Origin: Candidatus Uhrbacteria bacterium
GTDB taxonomy: Bacteria > Patescibacteriota > Patescibacteriia > GWA2-47-26
Assembly (NCBI GenBank): GCA_016187515.1
Contig: JACPJN010000006.1
Coordinates: forward strand, 856 to 64,855
Length of the DNA: 64,000 nt
Reading direction: 5' to 3'
This document shows, in pieces, positions 1 to 8,889 of the stretch; within the stretch, counting starts at the first letter, position 1, and each line of letters begins with the position of its first letter. The notes beneath the pieces were generated by a model. It worked only from the letters and a program-made list of their open reading frames with translations. It did no database searches and was not told the DNA's origin. The translations under genes were made by a program, and so were the position numbers.

Positions 1-533
1 GCAAGGATGTTCATCAAAAGAAGCAATGTAAACCACCCTAATGTAATAAGCCACGTTTCATATTTCACACCCTCTCCCGCATCCACCCGCAAAGCGTGGA
101 AAAAAAACGAGAGCGCCAGACCGCCGTAATAATCTATCGGCGCCGGGCCGATCCAGATTTTGTGCCAGGTTGCGCAACCCGGATGAAATTTTCGGATGCC
201 GTAGTGGGGATTGATGATGAACCACAAAAAATCCCAGACCACCACAAACAGAAAAAACGCGGAAAGGGTTTGAAGCTCGGCGCCAGTATTCCACGGCAGA
301 CCCCAGACATACGGCAGATGAAACATCAGCAGCGCAAAACTAAACACCCCGACATGATAACCGGTCATTTCTTTTCCGCCCAGCACCTTCGTGTACAACC
401 GCGCGTACCACTTGCCCGTCGGCCGCCAGCAAGGCAACTTTGCCGCCCAGCCATGCTCACCCTCAATTTGCACTTCCAAAAACGCCAGCGTAAGCGCGAG
501 GAGATAGAGATAGAAAATTTGCAAAATCTGCAT
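1..533 (-). CDS. Integral membrane protein, 3' end cut by window edge (MQILQIFYLYLLALTLAF... multi-TM, Trp-rich)
   Basis: Manual translation of the minus strand from ATG (533-531) stays open to position 1, so it is absent from the ORF track for lack of an in-window stop. It is hydrophobic with TM-like segments. The supplied ORFs 96..560(+) and 58..294(-) are in other frames and low-complexity. A GGGAGG SD-like sequence derived from the adjacent hairpin repeat lies upstream of the ATG. Confidence 0.55.
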   Translation of the reverse strand, partial: MQILQIFYLYLLALTLAFLEVQIEGEHGWAAKLPCWRPTGKWYARLYTKVLGGKEMTGYHVGVFSFALLMFHLPYVWGLPWNTGAELQTLSAFFLFVVVWDFLWFIINPHYGIRKFHPGCATWHKIWIGPAPIDYYGGLALSFFFHALRVDAGEGVKYETWLITLGWFTLLLLMNIL

Positions 534-544
534 ATCAATTTTCT

Positions 545-668
545 CCCTCCCTTAAGTTAAGGGAGGGTTGCCCGCCCGTCCCGACGCCGGGCGTGCGGGC
601 GGGGGGAGAGTTATGCAAAGTGATCATAACCCCTCCTAACCTCCCCTTATCTTAAGGGGAGGAATATT
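545..668. repeat. Two hairpin units of the GC-rich palindromic element family (intergenic copies)
   Basis: CTCCCTCCCTTAAGTTAAGGGAGGG (545-575) and TAACCCCTCCTAACCTCCCCTTATCTTAAGGGGAGG (628-668). Confidence 0.8.
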
Positions 669-737
669 TGGATTTTATCACAAAAACCCCGACACACGAA
701 TGTCCCAGGGCTTCTGTTAACCATCTACCGCGAAATC

Positions 738-1022
738 TTACAAAATCGAATCCTTGGCCGCCTTGGCCACTCGGAATTTCACGACCGTTTTGGCCGGAAT
801 CTGGATCGAAGCGCCGGTCGCGGGGTTGCGGCCCATGCGCGCGGCCCGGTGCCGCTTCAAGAGCTTGCCAAGCCCGGGAATGGTAAATTCCCCCGCGCTT
901 TTGGCCTGATCGTAGGCGAGCGCTACCAACGCCTCCAGCATTTCTCCCGCCTCTTTACGGGTCTTACCGAGCTTTTCGGCAAGCGCGTTAAGGGTCTGGG
1001 ACTTATTCATGCCTTTTGCCAT
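738..1022 (-). CDS. hup: DNA-binding protein HU (histone-like)
   Basis: 94 aa with typical HU/IHF family sequence (MNKSQLIEALAEK...GEFTIPGLGK...RNPATGASIQIPAKTVVKFRVAK). Confidence 0.9.
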   Translation of the reverse strand: MAKGMNKSQTLNALAEKLGKTRKEAGEMLEALVALAYDQAKSAGEFTIPGLGKLLKRHRAARMGRNPATGASIQIPAKTVVKFRVAKAAKDSIL

Positions 1023-1147
1023 AGCACTTTGAGTTAATGAGTTATTAAGTTATTGGTTATTAAATCCTTTAGGATGTGGATAGTATAGCAAACTCTAGGA
1101 AATCGCACAAAATCAAACTATCCACAGCCCCATACTCCTACTTCCCC

Positions 1148-1390
1148 CTAACTAATTTCAAAAGTTCGGGAAAAATTATAAGTTCCGTCAAGCGGATCAA
1201 CGTACCAAACATAGTCGCGGCCATCATTATGATTTCCGCTCGCTTCGGCCACAATGCCGTGCGCTGGAAAGCGCCTGCGTATCGCGCACATAATCAGCTT
1301 CTCGGCCGCAAGATCTGCTTCAGTAACCACGTCGGTAGGATTTAATTTAGTGCGCACGGTATGCGCTTTGCCAAAACTCTGCGCCAGCAC
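1148..1390 (-). pseudogene. Inositol monophosphatase-family fragment (N-terminal ~80 aa only, contains WYVDPLDGTYNF motif)
   Basis: IMPase/SuhB signature DPLDGT is present, but the ORF stops after ~80 aa where full-length enzymes are ~260 aa. AT-rich non-coding sequence follows and no continuation is seen in another frame. Confidence 0.5.
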
Positions 1391-1449
1391 GCGCCCAGCT
1401 CGGCGTGCCAGATTTTAGATAAAACTATCCGCGTTGATCATAGATTTTA

Positions 1450-3219
1450 TTATACCACAAGATCCGGTAGAAAACCACCCGCTTGAAGTTCCCAAAGGTG
1501 CGCGTAGAGTCCGCCGCGTTGAAGAAGCTCATCGTGTGTTCCTTCATCAATGATACGCCCACCCTCCAGTACTACAATACGATCCATCTGACGAATTGTA
1601 GAGAGCCGGTGCGCGATCACAATTACGGTCTTCCCCCTCATCAGTCGCTTGAGGGCGTCTTGAATCAATCGCTCGGAATGCGAATCCAAACTTGAAGTTG
1701 CTTCATCCAGAATAAGAATCGGCGCGTTTTTAAGAATCGCCCGCGCGATAGCCACGCGCTGTCGTTCCCCTCCGGAGAGTTTAATCCCCCGCTCCCCGAC
1801 ATAGGTCTCATATTTTTGCGGAAATTCCCGGATAAACTCATCGCAATGCGCGAGTTTCGCGGCGGCCATGACTTCCGCGTCAGAGGCCTCCCGTCGGCCA
1901 TAGCGAATGTTCTCCATCAGTGTCCGGTGAAACAGAATCGGCTCTTGCGGAACCAAGCTAACATTTAGGCGCAAACTTTCTTGAGTAACCCGATTGATCC
2001 GCTGATCGTCAATCAGAATCTTGCCGGCGTCAAGATCATGGAAACGCAGCAGCAGCTTTACGATCGTGGACTTTCCGGCTCCCGAAGGACCAATCAGGGC
2101 GACTTTTTCTCCGGCGGTAATCGTCAAATTAAGGTTACGCACCACCGCCCGGGTCTTATGATAACTGAAAGTAACCCCGCTAAATTCAATTTTTCCAGCG
2201 GTGACTTGCAGTGGTTTTGCGGCGGGAACATCGCGAATTTCATGTACGGTATTCATGATCTCGGTAATCTCCTCGGCGTCCGCGAAACTCTCATACAAAT
2301 CACGGATATGCCGCCCCACGTCCCAAAGACGATTTATCAAACCCAGCAAATAGGATTGGATAAGCACGAAATCGCCAACCGTAAGCTCACTGCGCTGCCA
2401 AAACCGGATCGCGAAATACATCAACAAAAATTCCACGATAATAAAAAGTCCGGCCTGCACTCCCTCAATAATCGAGCCGAGATTCCAGGTAAAGGTCTGC
2501 AGTTTCTGCAGCTCGCGGGTAACCTTTTTAAACCGACTCAATTCAAACTCATGGCCATTGAACAATTGGATGTTCACTTGATTGGTCAGCGCGTCCGCCA
2601 AGGTCGCGGTGGTCTCGGTATCTTTCGCGCTGCGCAGCGTATCATATTTTAACTTCCAGATCGAGAAAAGATAATTGATGATTATAAAGAGCACCGTCCA
2701 GGCCAGCAAAATATAGGCAATGGTGTGATTAAAAATATAAAGTATAATTGTGGCGCCCGTAACTCGAATCGTAAGCGGATACAAATTCCAGTAAGTCCGA
2801 TCCGCGAATACTTCAAACGCGCGCGAGAGTTTGGTAACTTTGCGCGTAAGCGCTCCGACAAAACGGTTGGTAAAAAATCCGTAAGAGTGGCGTTGAAGAT
2901 ACGCGTACGCGTTTTGCAAAAGATCCGCCATGATATGCGGCTGAAAATAATCATTGGCAAAAGTGGTAAACCGAAAAATAGTCCACATTAGCGCGTTAAG
3001 CCCTAAAATCATGAACAAGATTTGCAAAAGATCAGCCGCGACAGATACCGACGGCACGGCCCCGGTCAAAATATTAAAAAATTCCTTATAGTACAGCGGC
3101 ACTAAAAGTTCAAGCGCGGTTACGGACCCAAGCGCGATTAACATCAAAAACGCCAGCAGCTTATAGTTGCGCGCCGCGTGCCAATATATTTTCAGCGTTT
3201 CTTTGGTTCTGACTTGCAT
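1450..3219 (-). CDS. ABC transporter, fused permease/ATP-binding subunit (MsbA-like type I exporter)
   Basis: N-terminal 6-TM domain followed by Walker A GPSGAGKST, ABC signature LSGGERQRVAIARA and Walker B ILILDEATSSLD. Confidence 0.9.
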   Translation of the reverse strand: MQVRTKETLKIYWHAARNYKLLAFLMLIALGSVTALELLVPLYYKEFFNILTGAVPSVSVAADLLQILFMILGLNALMWTIFRFTTFANDYFQPHIMADLLQNAYAYLQRHSYGFFTNRFVGALTRKVTKLSRAFEVFADRTYWNLYPLTIRVTGATIILYIFNHTIAYILLAWTVLFIIINYLFSIWKLKYDTLRSAKDTETTATLADALTNQVNIQLFNGHEFELSRFKKVTRELQKLQTFTWNLGSIIEGVQAGLFIIVEFLLMYFAIRFWQRSELTVGDFVLIQSYLLGLINRLWDVGRHIRDLYESFADAEEITEIMNTVHEIRDVPAAKPLQVTAGKIEFSGVTFSYHKTRAVVRNLNLTITAGEKVALIGPSGAGKSTIVKLLLRFHDLDAGKILIDDQRINRVTQESLRLNVSLVPQEPILFHRTLMENIRYGRREASDAEVMAAAKLAHCDEFIREFPQKYETYVGERGIKLSGGERQRVAIARAILKNAPILILDEATSSLDSHSERLIQDALKRLMRGKTVIVIAHRLSTIRQMDRIVVLEGGRIIDEGTHDELLQRGGLYAHLWELQAGGFLPDLVV

Positions 3220-3247
3220 AATAAAGGCAGAGCTATTCTACCACCGA

Positions 3248-3276
3248 TTGCACGGATTGTCGAGCCATGGTACACT
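3248..3276 (+). promoter_or_regulatory. Sigma-70-like promoter for tRNA-Trp (TTGCAC-17nt-TACACT)
   Basis: -35 TTGCAC at 3248-3253, a 17-nt spacer, then -10 TACACT at 3271-3276. The predicted TSS is ~7-10 nt downstream and coincides with the tRNA 5' end at 3289. Confidence 0.5.
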
Positions 3277-3288
3277 TTCCCCTGCCGT

Positions 3289-3362
3289 GGGGGCGTAGTT
3301 CAACAGTAGAACGGCGGTCTCCAAAACCGCAGACGAGGGAGCGTCACCTTCCGCCCCTGCCA
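3289..3362 (+). tRNA. tRNA-Trp (anticodon CCA)
   Basis: Hand-folded cloverleaf: acceptor GGGGGCG/CGCCCCT (G1-U72), D-stem GTTC/GAAC, anticodon stem GCGGT/ACCGC with loop CTCCAAA (anticodon CCA), discriminator G and an encoded CCA. The T-loop AGCGTCA is non-canonical, so confidence is moderate. Confidence 0.55.
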
Positions 3363-3372
3363 AAAGTACGGT

Positions 3373-4248
3373 ATGCGTATTTTTCAAAATAAAATAAGCG
3401 CCGGACAATCCGCCGCTATTCTCGGTTTGATTATTCTTTTGCTGATTTTCCTAATTACCTTTGTGGTGATTGCGGCCGGAGATGAAAAAGAAGCGCAGCA
3501 AACCATCCCGCCGCCGGTTACAGCCGAGCCGCAAAAACAAGAAGAACAAACACCGAAACAAGATGCTCCGCCAATCCAGCCGTTTTTGCCAACCGTAGAG
3601 CAAATACCTGCCCCGGAGGTGAAAGATGAAACGGTTCTGGTCACCCGCGTAATTGACGGCGACACCATCGAAATCGAGGGTGGCCAGCGCGTGCGCTATA
3701 TTGGCATAGACACGCCGGAAACAGTTGACCCGCGAAAACCGGTGCAATGTTTCGGCGCGGAAGCCAGTAATTACAACAAAGCGCTTGTCGAAAACAAAAG
3801 AGTGCGTTTGGAAAAAGATGTGAGTGAAACCGACAAATATGGCCGCTTGCTCCGCTATGTCTATGTGGATAATCTTTTCGTGAATCTTGTTCTTATTCAA
3901 GAAGGGTTTGCCCACTCCTCCGCTTATCCGCCGGATGTGAAATACCAACCTCAATTCACAGCCGCCGAACGGCTGGCGCGAGAACAGCAAAAGGGGTTAT
4001 GGAATTCGTGCCCAGCCGCCCCAATCGCGCCGCCTCCCGCCGCCGCAGCGCCGGGGGCCCCGCCCCTGCAATCACCACTGGCCGCCTGCACAATTAAAGG
4101 CAATGTCACCACGGAAAAAATCTATCATTTGGAGGGCTGCGGCTCTTACGAAAAAACTAAAATTGACGAAGCGCGAGGTGAGCGCTGGTTTTGCACGGAA
4201 GCAGAAGCCGCGGCGGCCGGTTGGCGAAAGGCGCAAAATTGCCCATAA
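3373..4248 (+). CDS. Membrane-anchored thermonuclease (staphylococcal nuclease/SNase-like) with C-terminal Cys-containing domain
   Basis: N-terminal TM helix, Pro/Gln-rich linker, SNase motifs ([29 protein letters not shown]). The C-terminal [14 protein letters not shown]...[18 protein letters not shown] module resembles metal-binding tails of secreted nucleases. Confidence 0.8.
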   Translation: MRIFQNKISAGQSAAILGLIILLLIFLITFVVIAAGDEKEAQQTIPPPVTAEPQKQEEQTPKQDAPPIQPFLPTVEQIPAPEVKDETVLVTRVIDGDTIEIEGGQRVRYIGIDTPETVDPRKPVQCFGAEASNYNKALVENKRVRLEKDVSETDKYGRLLRYVYVDNLFVNLVLIQEGFAHSSAYPPDVKYQPQFTAAERLAREQQKGLWNSCPAAPIAPPPAAAAPGAPPLQSPLAACTIKGNVTTEKIYHLEGCGSYEKTKIDEARGERWFCTEAEAAAAGWRKAQNCP

Positions 4249-4265
4249 TTTTCAGAAAAAACCGG

Positions 4266-5585
4266 ATGTCAAAATCCATAATCCGAACCTACATTTTACT
4301 GTTCATCGCCGCTATCGCGATGGCGGTGTTTGTGTCGGCCATCGGCGTAAAACTCATCCGCTCCGGGGGCGCGTCGGCTTTATTTGCGCCGGGGATCCGG
4401 CGTGAAAACCAATCTCCTTACCGCCGGGAAGCGGTGGAGATCACCCCGAAGGCCGCCTACACCCGGCTGATGGAGCAAGCCGGAATTGACCGGACTGACG
4501 CGGACGCCATTTTTTCCGCCGCGCAAAACGTGTATGACCTGACGAAAATTCGCGAAGGGCGCACGCTTGATCTTTATTTCAGCAAGGACACGGGCGAACT
4601 TGAAAAACTGGCGTATCAAATTGACAGCGAGGATGAGCTAGTGGTAACGCGTGTGAGCAATGCTGAAGATCTCCCACCCCTCCTAACCTCCCCTCGGGCA
4701 GGGGAGGAAATTTCCCCTCCTTTCCAAGGAGGGGTTAGGGGTGGTTCTCGTCTCCTCGGTTGGCACGCAACCCGCACCCCCATCAATTACGAAATTCGCG
4801 TTAAAAAAGTGGCCGGCGCTCTGGAAACCTCCCTTTACGAATGGGCGCTTACGCATAGCGTGGACGAACGCGCCATTATTGAATTTGCCAACGCGCTAGA
4901 GTGGAGCATTGATTTTGCCCATGACCCGCAAGCGGGAGACCGGTTTGCGTTTATCTATGAGGAGCGCTATCGGGATGGCGCATACATAATGCCCGGCACG
5001 GTTTTTGCGGGAAAATATGTAAATGTGGATAAAGAGCATCTCGCCTTCTACTTTGAAGAATCCGCCGATAACCAAGGATATTTTGACGCGGATGGAAATT
5101 CCCTTCAAAAACTGTTTTTGAAAGCGCCGGTGGCTTACCGCTACATTTCTTCCGGTTTTACCACCGGGCTGCGCTATGTGCGCGCGTTCAATGTCGCAAC
5201 CGGCCATCGCGCGATTGATTACGCGGCCGCGCACGGCACGCCGGTACGTACGACGGCCAACGGCACGGTAACGTACGCCGGCCGGAGCGGATCGTACGGA
5301 AACTTTATTACAGTGCGGCATAACGGGACCTACTCCACCAACTACGCTCATCTTTCGCGCCTGGCGGTGCGTTCCGGACAAAAAATCGCGCAGGGAGAAA
5401 CGATCGGGTATGTCGGTTCAACCGGATTTTCAACCGGCCCGCATTTGCACTATGAAATGGAAAAGCATGGCGTAAAAATTAATCCGCTCAAAGAAGTACT
5501 GCCGCCGGGAAAACCTATCGCGCCGGAGAATAAAGATAAATTTTTTAAGGAAATAAAACCTTACTTTAAAGAACTAAGGGAATGA
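4266..5585 (+). CDS. M23 family metallopeptidase (murein endopeptidase-like) with OapA-like N-terminal region
   Basis: C-terminal M23 motifs (HRAIDYAAAHGTPV, GNFITVRHNGTYSTNYAHL, GSTGFSTGPHLHYE). Start chosen at ATG 4266 (MSKSIIRTYILLF signal/TM), which avoids overlap with the upstream gene. Carries an in-frame hairpin repeat at 4672-4746. Confidence 0.85.
   Translation: MSKSIIRTYILLFIAAIAMAVFVSAIGVKLIRSGGASALFAPGIRRENQSPYRREAVEITPKAAYTRLMEQAGIDRTDADAIFSAAQNVYDLTKIREGRTLDLYFSKDTGELEKLAYQIDSEDELVVTRVSNAEDLPPLLTSPRAGEEISPPFQGGVRGGSRLLGWHATRTPINYEIRVKKVAGALETSLYEWALTHSVDERAIIEFANALEWSIDFAHDPQAGDRFAFIYEERYRDGAYIMPGTVFAGKYVNVDKEHLAFYFEESADNQGYFDADGNSLQKLFLKAPVAYRYISSGFTTGLRYVRAFNVATGHRAIDYAAAHGTPVRTTANGTVTYAGRSGSYGNFITVRHNGTYSTNYAHLSRLAVRSGQKIAQGETIGYVGSTGFSTGPHLHYEMEKHGVKINPLKEVLPPGKPIAPENKDKFFKEIKPYFKELRE
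4672..4746. repeat. Hairpin-element pair inserted in frame in M23 peptidase (PPLLTSPRAGEEISPPFQGGVRGG)
   Basis: CCCACCCCTCCTAACCTCCCCTCGGGCAGGGGAGG...CCTCCTTTCCAAGGAGGGGTTAGGGGTGG. The same sequence recurs at 43622-43705. Confidence 0.85.
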
Positions 5586-5726
5586 GACCGTTGAACAATC
5601 AATTGTTCGCGGTCATTCGTAAGGCCGCATGAGATAGACAGCGCAGGAAACCCAGGGTTTTGCGGCCGTCGGTTCGTGTCTATTTGTGTAAACTGCGAAG
5701 GAGTTAATTCCTCAACGCTCTAAGAA

Positions 5727-5767
5727 TAAAAAAAGCCCCCAAAGTCCTCTCCCGGCGACTTTGGGGC
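5727..5767 (-). terminator. Rho-independent terminator (GC hairpin GCCCCCAAAGTC/GACTTTGGGGC, T-run on the minus strand)
   Basis: An 11-bp GC-rich stem with a 10-nt loop is flanked by A8 on the plus strand (T8 on minus). It lies between convergent genes 4266..5585(+) and 5788..6822(-). Confidence 0.65.
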
Positions 5768-5787
5768 TTGCACCTTGTACATTATTT

Positions 5788-6822
5788 CTACGGCTCGCTG
5801 TCCTCCGGGTCGGGCTCACCGTCGGGCGGCGCGTTTACGACGGCGGATCTTTCGCGCGCACCGCCTTTTTGCGCCTGCTGCTCACGCTCGATCATCTGCA
5901 GGAATTCTTCTGCCACTTGCATCTGCAGAAATACCGCGGTCACTTGCGGATCAAACCACGTGCCGGAGTGGTTCCGGACCCGCGCCATGATTCCGGCGGG
6001 CGATCTCCTCTCGGCAATCGCTTGGCAGACAAAATCCGCAACCGAGATAATCCGCGCGAAAAGCGGGATGTCCTGGGCGCGCTTGCCCTGCGGACCAGAG
6101 CCGTCAAAATGCTCACGCCAGTCGCGGGCGGCCTCCAGCACCTTTTCCATTCCGGCCAGTCCGCTGAAAATCCGCACGGCCGCTTCCCGCGCGCGATCCG
6201 GATTATCCGGAAACGCGCGCCAGCCCAGATCGTATAAGTCCGCCGCCCACAGCAGTATGAACTTATCCGCCTGCCGCATATCCAGGTGCGACAGAAGATG
6301 TTTCACCAAAACCGCTTCCAACCGCGAAAACGCGCCCAACTCCAGATTCGTCGCGCCCTCATCAGACAGGCGCTTCTGAATCTCAAGGCCGTGTTCGTCG
6401 CGCAAACGCCGGAGATGCCTGCGCCCATGCTCCGCGGCTGCCTCGGCAACCACACTGGCCATATTTTGGCCGACGAAAAAATTCTCCTTGGAAGTGACGC
6501 GCCAGCAAAGCGGACTGTCGTGCCGCGCGCGGACGACCAGTTCATCGCTGTCCGGCAAATCCGTAACCGCGATGGCGGCGATGTCCGGGTTGATCTTGAC
6601 TACCGCGCGCAGGAACTCCAGGCCGTTTCGGTTGGAAACCGCGAGGTCCGCGATGACCACCTCCGGATGCACCGTCTTTTGAAGCTCATCAAGCGCGCTG
6701 CTTGGATCCGCAAAGGTCGTAACCTTCGCGTGGTCCAGGAGGCCGTAGCGTACGGCCTGTCCACACTCCGCATCGCCGTCCACGTACCACACGCTGGGCC
6801 TTCCGTGCAAGTTAAGGGGCAT
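5788..6822 (-). CDS. Response regulator: CheY-like receiver fused to HD-type (HD-GYP-like) phosphohydrolase domain
   Basis: Receiver-like N-terminus, then an HD domain (HLLSHLDMRQ..., later DFVCQAIAERR). A strong SD (AAGGAGG) sits 7 nt upstream of ATG 6822 (MPLNLHG...). The region is GC-rich (~62%). Confidence 0.65.
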   Translation of the reverse strand: MPLNLHGRPSVWYVDGDAECGQAVRYGLLDHAKVTTFADPSSALDELQKTVHPEVVIADLAVSNRNGLEFLRAVVKINPDIAAIAVTDLPDSDELVVRARHDSPLCWRVTSKENFFVGQNMASVVAEAAAEHGRRHLRRLRDEHGLEIQKRLSDEGATNLELGAFSRLEAVLVKHLLSHLDMRQADKFILLWAADLYDLGWRAFPDNPDRAREAAVRIFSGLAGMEKVLEAARDWREHFDGSGPQGKRAQDIPLFARIISVADFVCQAIAERRSPAGIMARVRNHSGTWFDPQVTAVFLQMQVAEEFLQMIEREQQAQKGGARERSAVVNAPPDGEPDPEDSEP

Positions 6823-6881
6823 GGTGTTCCTCCTTTCGAGGCACTTCCACCTTAGCATACTCTCGCGCGCCTGTCAAACCC

Positions 6882-7781
6882 GTGGTACAATACCGCACTA
6901 TGTTTATCGCCATAGATATCGGCGGCACCAATACGCGGATCGGCGCTTCCAAAGACGGCCGACGACTTTACGCGATTGAAAAATTCAAAACTCCGAAAAA
7001 GTTTGCGGATGGAATCAAAGCAATTTCAAGGACTGTCCTTCACGCCACAAAAGGACAGTCCTTGAAATCTATCGTGATCGCAGTTCCAGGTCCTATTGAT
7101 CATCCACGCGGCAAGGTGCTCCACCTCCCTAATCTACCGGGCTGGCGCAACAAACCAATTACCAAAGTACTGACGCGCCATCTTAATTGCAAGGTGCTAC
7201 TTATAAACGATGCGGATGCCGCCGGATTAGGCGAAGCGCGCCGTGGAGCCGGACGCGGCTACACCCGAGTGGCTTATTTCACGATAAGCACCGGTATTGG
7301 CGGCGCGCTAATCATAAACGATTTTCTCCCCCTTTTGAAGGGGGAGATTAAGAGGGGGTCAAAATGCCCTCATCCACTCACCATCTCCGCAGAGCCAGGC
7401 CACCAAATCCTTATACCCGGCGGCCGGCGCGACAACTGCGGTCAACGCGGCTGCTTTGAGGCCTACGCTTCGGGAACCGGATTTTATAAAACCTACGGTG
7501 TGCGTCCCGAAAATTGTAAAAACAAAAAAATCTGGGCTAAACATGCCCAGACGGTTGGCTGGGGACTGATAAATACTATTGTGCACTGGTCTCCGGATAT
7601 TGTAGTTATCGGCGGCGGCCTTGCGCAGGCCGGCACATTACTTTTCACGCCCCTCCGCGCCTATGTGCGCAAAAATCTCAAAATCTTCAAACCACCACTA
7701 ATTGTTCCGTCAAAACTCGGAGATGACGCCGGACTTTACGGATGTTTGGAGTTGCTCAAGGGGAGTAAAAATTTTTCATAA
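6882..7781 (+). CDS. ROK family sugar kinase (glucokinase-like)
   Basis: N-terminal IAIDIGGTNTRIG ATPase motif and ROK Cys/His region (CGQRGCFEAYASG). Contains an in-frame hairpin repeat at 7326-7358 encoding LPLLKGEIKRG. Confidence 0.75.
   Translation: MVQYRTMFIAIDIGGTNTRIGASKDGRRLYAIEKFKTPKKFADGIKAISRTVLHATKGQSLKSIVIAVPGPIDHPRGKVLHLPNLPGWRNKPITKVLTRHLNCKVLLINDADAAGLGEARRGAGRGYTRVAYFTISTGIGGALIINDFLPLLKGEIKRGSKCPHPLTISAEPGHQILIPGGRRDNCGQRGCFEAYASGTGFYKTYGVRPENCKNKKIWAKHAQTVGWGLINTIVHWSPDIVVIGGGLAQAGTLLFTPLRAYVRKNLKIFKPPLIVPSKLGDDAGLYGCLELLKGSKNFS
7326..7358. repeat. Variant hairpin element CTCCCCCTT(T/G)(T/A)(G/C)AAGGGGGAGATTAAG(A/T)GGGGG in ROK kinase (second copy at 26518-26550 in ribE)
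   Basis: Two 33-bp copies with 4 mismatches sit in unrelated genes, both in frame. Confidence 0.8.
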
Positions 7782-8451
7782 TCCGCTCCCCGGCCGGCAG
7801 GCGCTTCAATTTTTTGTATAGCGCGTCGTAGTCAACGCTGCGGTCGTCACTCGCTTCTTTTCTATAACTGATTATTTTACGCGCGCGAGTAAGATTTATT
7901 TCCGGATGAAACTGCACTCCCCAGGCCTGATCTTTATAACGAAACGCTTGAATTTTTGAATGCGCGTTTCCGGCAAGCACAGCAACATCCTCAATGCCGG
8001 AAAAATTCTTCACCTCAAAATAATGGTACGCGAACACCTGAAATTTTTTCGGCACTCCGGCAAAAAGCCGCCCGGCTTTCCCCTCGGAAGTCAGCTCCAC
8101 GGCAACTGTCCCCGCTTCAATTCCTTTTACATTTTCAACCACCGCGGCGCCCAGCGCTCGTGCCAGAAGCTGGTGGCCGAAACAAATACCCAACAGGGGT
8201 TTTTCAAGTTCAAGAATCACTTTAACCTGATCAAGCAGATAATGAATCCAAGGAAGATTCTCCCCAGCTTGAAATTTGGAGCCAGTAATCACAAAAAAAT
8301 CATATTCTTCCAAATTTATTTTCGGGGTCTCCCGAAGACAATGCACCACTTCAAAACGATCCTCTTTTCGCAAAAAGGGATGCACCAGCCACTCACACCG
8401 AAACTGCTCCAGCGGCTCGCGATCATCTGCCTGGAATACTAATACGCGCAT
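7756..8451 (-). CDS. Class I glutamine amidotransferase (GATase1 domain protein)
   Basis: GICFGHQLLARALG catalytic Cys motif and conserved His/Glu near the C-terminus (GVQFHPE). Overlaps the convergent ROK gene 3' end by 26 nt. Confidence 0.8.
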   Translation of the reverse strand: MRVLVFQADDREPLEQFRCEWLVHPFLRKEDRFEVVHCLRETPKINLEEYDFFVITGSKFQAGENLPWIHYLLDQVKVILELEKPLLGICFGHQLLARALGAAVVENVKGIEAGTVAVELTSEGKAGRLFAGVPKKFQVFAYHYFEVKNFSGIEDVAVLAGNAHSKIQAFRYKDQAWGVQFHPEINLTRARKIISYRKEASDDRSVDYDALYKKLKRLPAGERIMKNFYSP

Positions 8452-8469
8452 ATTCCGATCGGACGGTAC

Positions 8470-8530
8470 GGGGCAGGGAGTTTGGCAAGCTCCACGATTT
8501 GGCGGCCGTTGAGTTTTTGGCGGTTATATC
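8470..8530 (-). pseudogene. Remnant of the 3' end of a PPDK_N (PEP synthase/RPH N-terminal) gene
   Basis: About 50 bp (8478-8527) are near-identical (3 mismatches) to 21954-22003 inside the intact ATP-grasp gene. It encodes ...RQKLNGRQIVELAKL out of any long ORF. Confidence 0.5.
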
Positions 8531-8599
8531 CTGAAATCGTTGATATGCAATCCTCGCGGACCGGCAGCCCGAAGTAATGCCTTATCCGCTACATAGACT

Positions 8600-8854
8600 T
8601 TATCGGCCATACCGTGTATCACGCATGCGACGGATAAATTCAACAATACCGCCAGCGCGCGCACTGGCTTTTATTGCATCCTGCACTGCAATTGCCTCAT
8701 TCCAATGCCCTGTGCGATCTGCGCGATCATGTGTAAGTTGGTGGATGAGTTCGTGGAGAAATGTCTCTTGATCCTTTCCCGCTTGTTTTGCCGCACGATC
8801 CAACTCTTCCGCAAGCCGATGGGAAATAGTAATGGTTGCTTGTGTATTCTGCAT
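8600..8854 (-). CDS. Ribbon-helix-helix (CopG/ParD-like) small DNA-binding protein, possible orphan antitoxin
   Basis: 84 aa. The N-terminal TITISHRLAEELDRAAKQAGKDQETFLHELI fits a beta-strand plus helix RHH pattern. No cognate toxin ORF is adjacent. Confidence 0.35.
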   Translation of the reverse strand: MQNTQATITISHRLAEELDRAAKQAGKDQETFLHELIHQLTHDRADRTGHWNEAIAVQDAIKASARAGGIVEFIRRMRDTRYGR

Positions 8855-8889
8855 ACGATAATGATCGTATCATGCTATTACAAATTGTG

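Noticed and set aside
58-560. Supplied ORFs 96..560(+) and 58..294(-)
   Set aside because: Both are Arg/Pro-rich and low-complexity. A third frame on the minus strand gives a convincing TM-rich protein running to the window edge, and that is the real gene.
5590-5700. Possible small RNA or hairpins (GACCGTTGAACAATCAATTGTTCGCGGTC; GGCCGCA...TGCGGCC) just downstream of the M23 gene
   Set aside because: The structures are plausible but lack a U-tract or conservation evidence. Without a covariance or expression check they could not be called.
5761-6379. Long plus-strand ORFs (5761..6237, 5768..6379, 6286..6855) antisense to the response-regulator gene
   Set aside because: They have GC-rich shadow-ORF composition (Arg/Ala/Pro-rich). 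The minus-strand frame has receiver and HD motifs and a strong SD.
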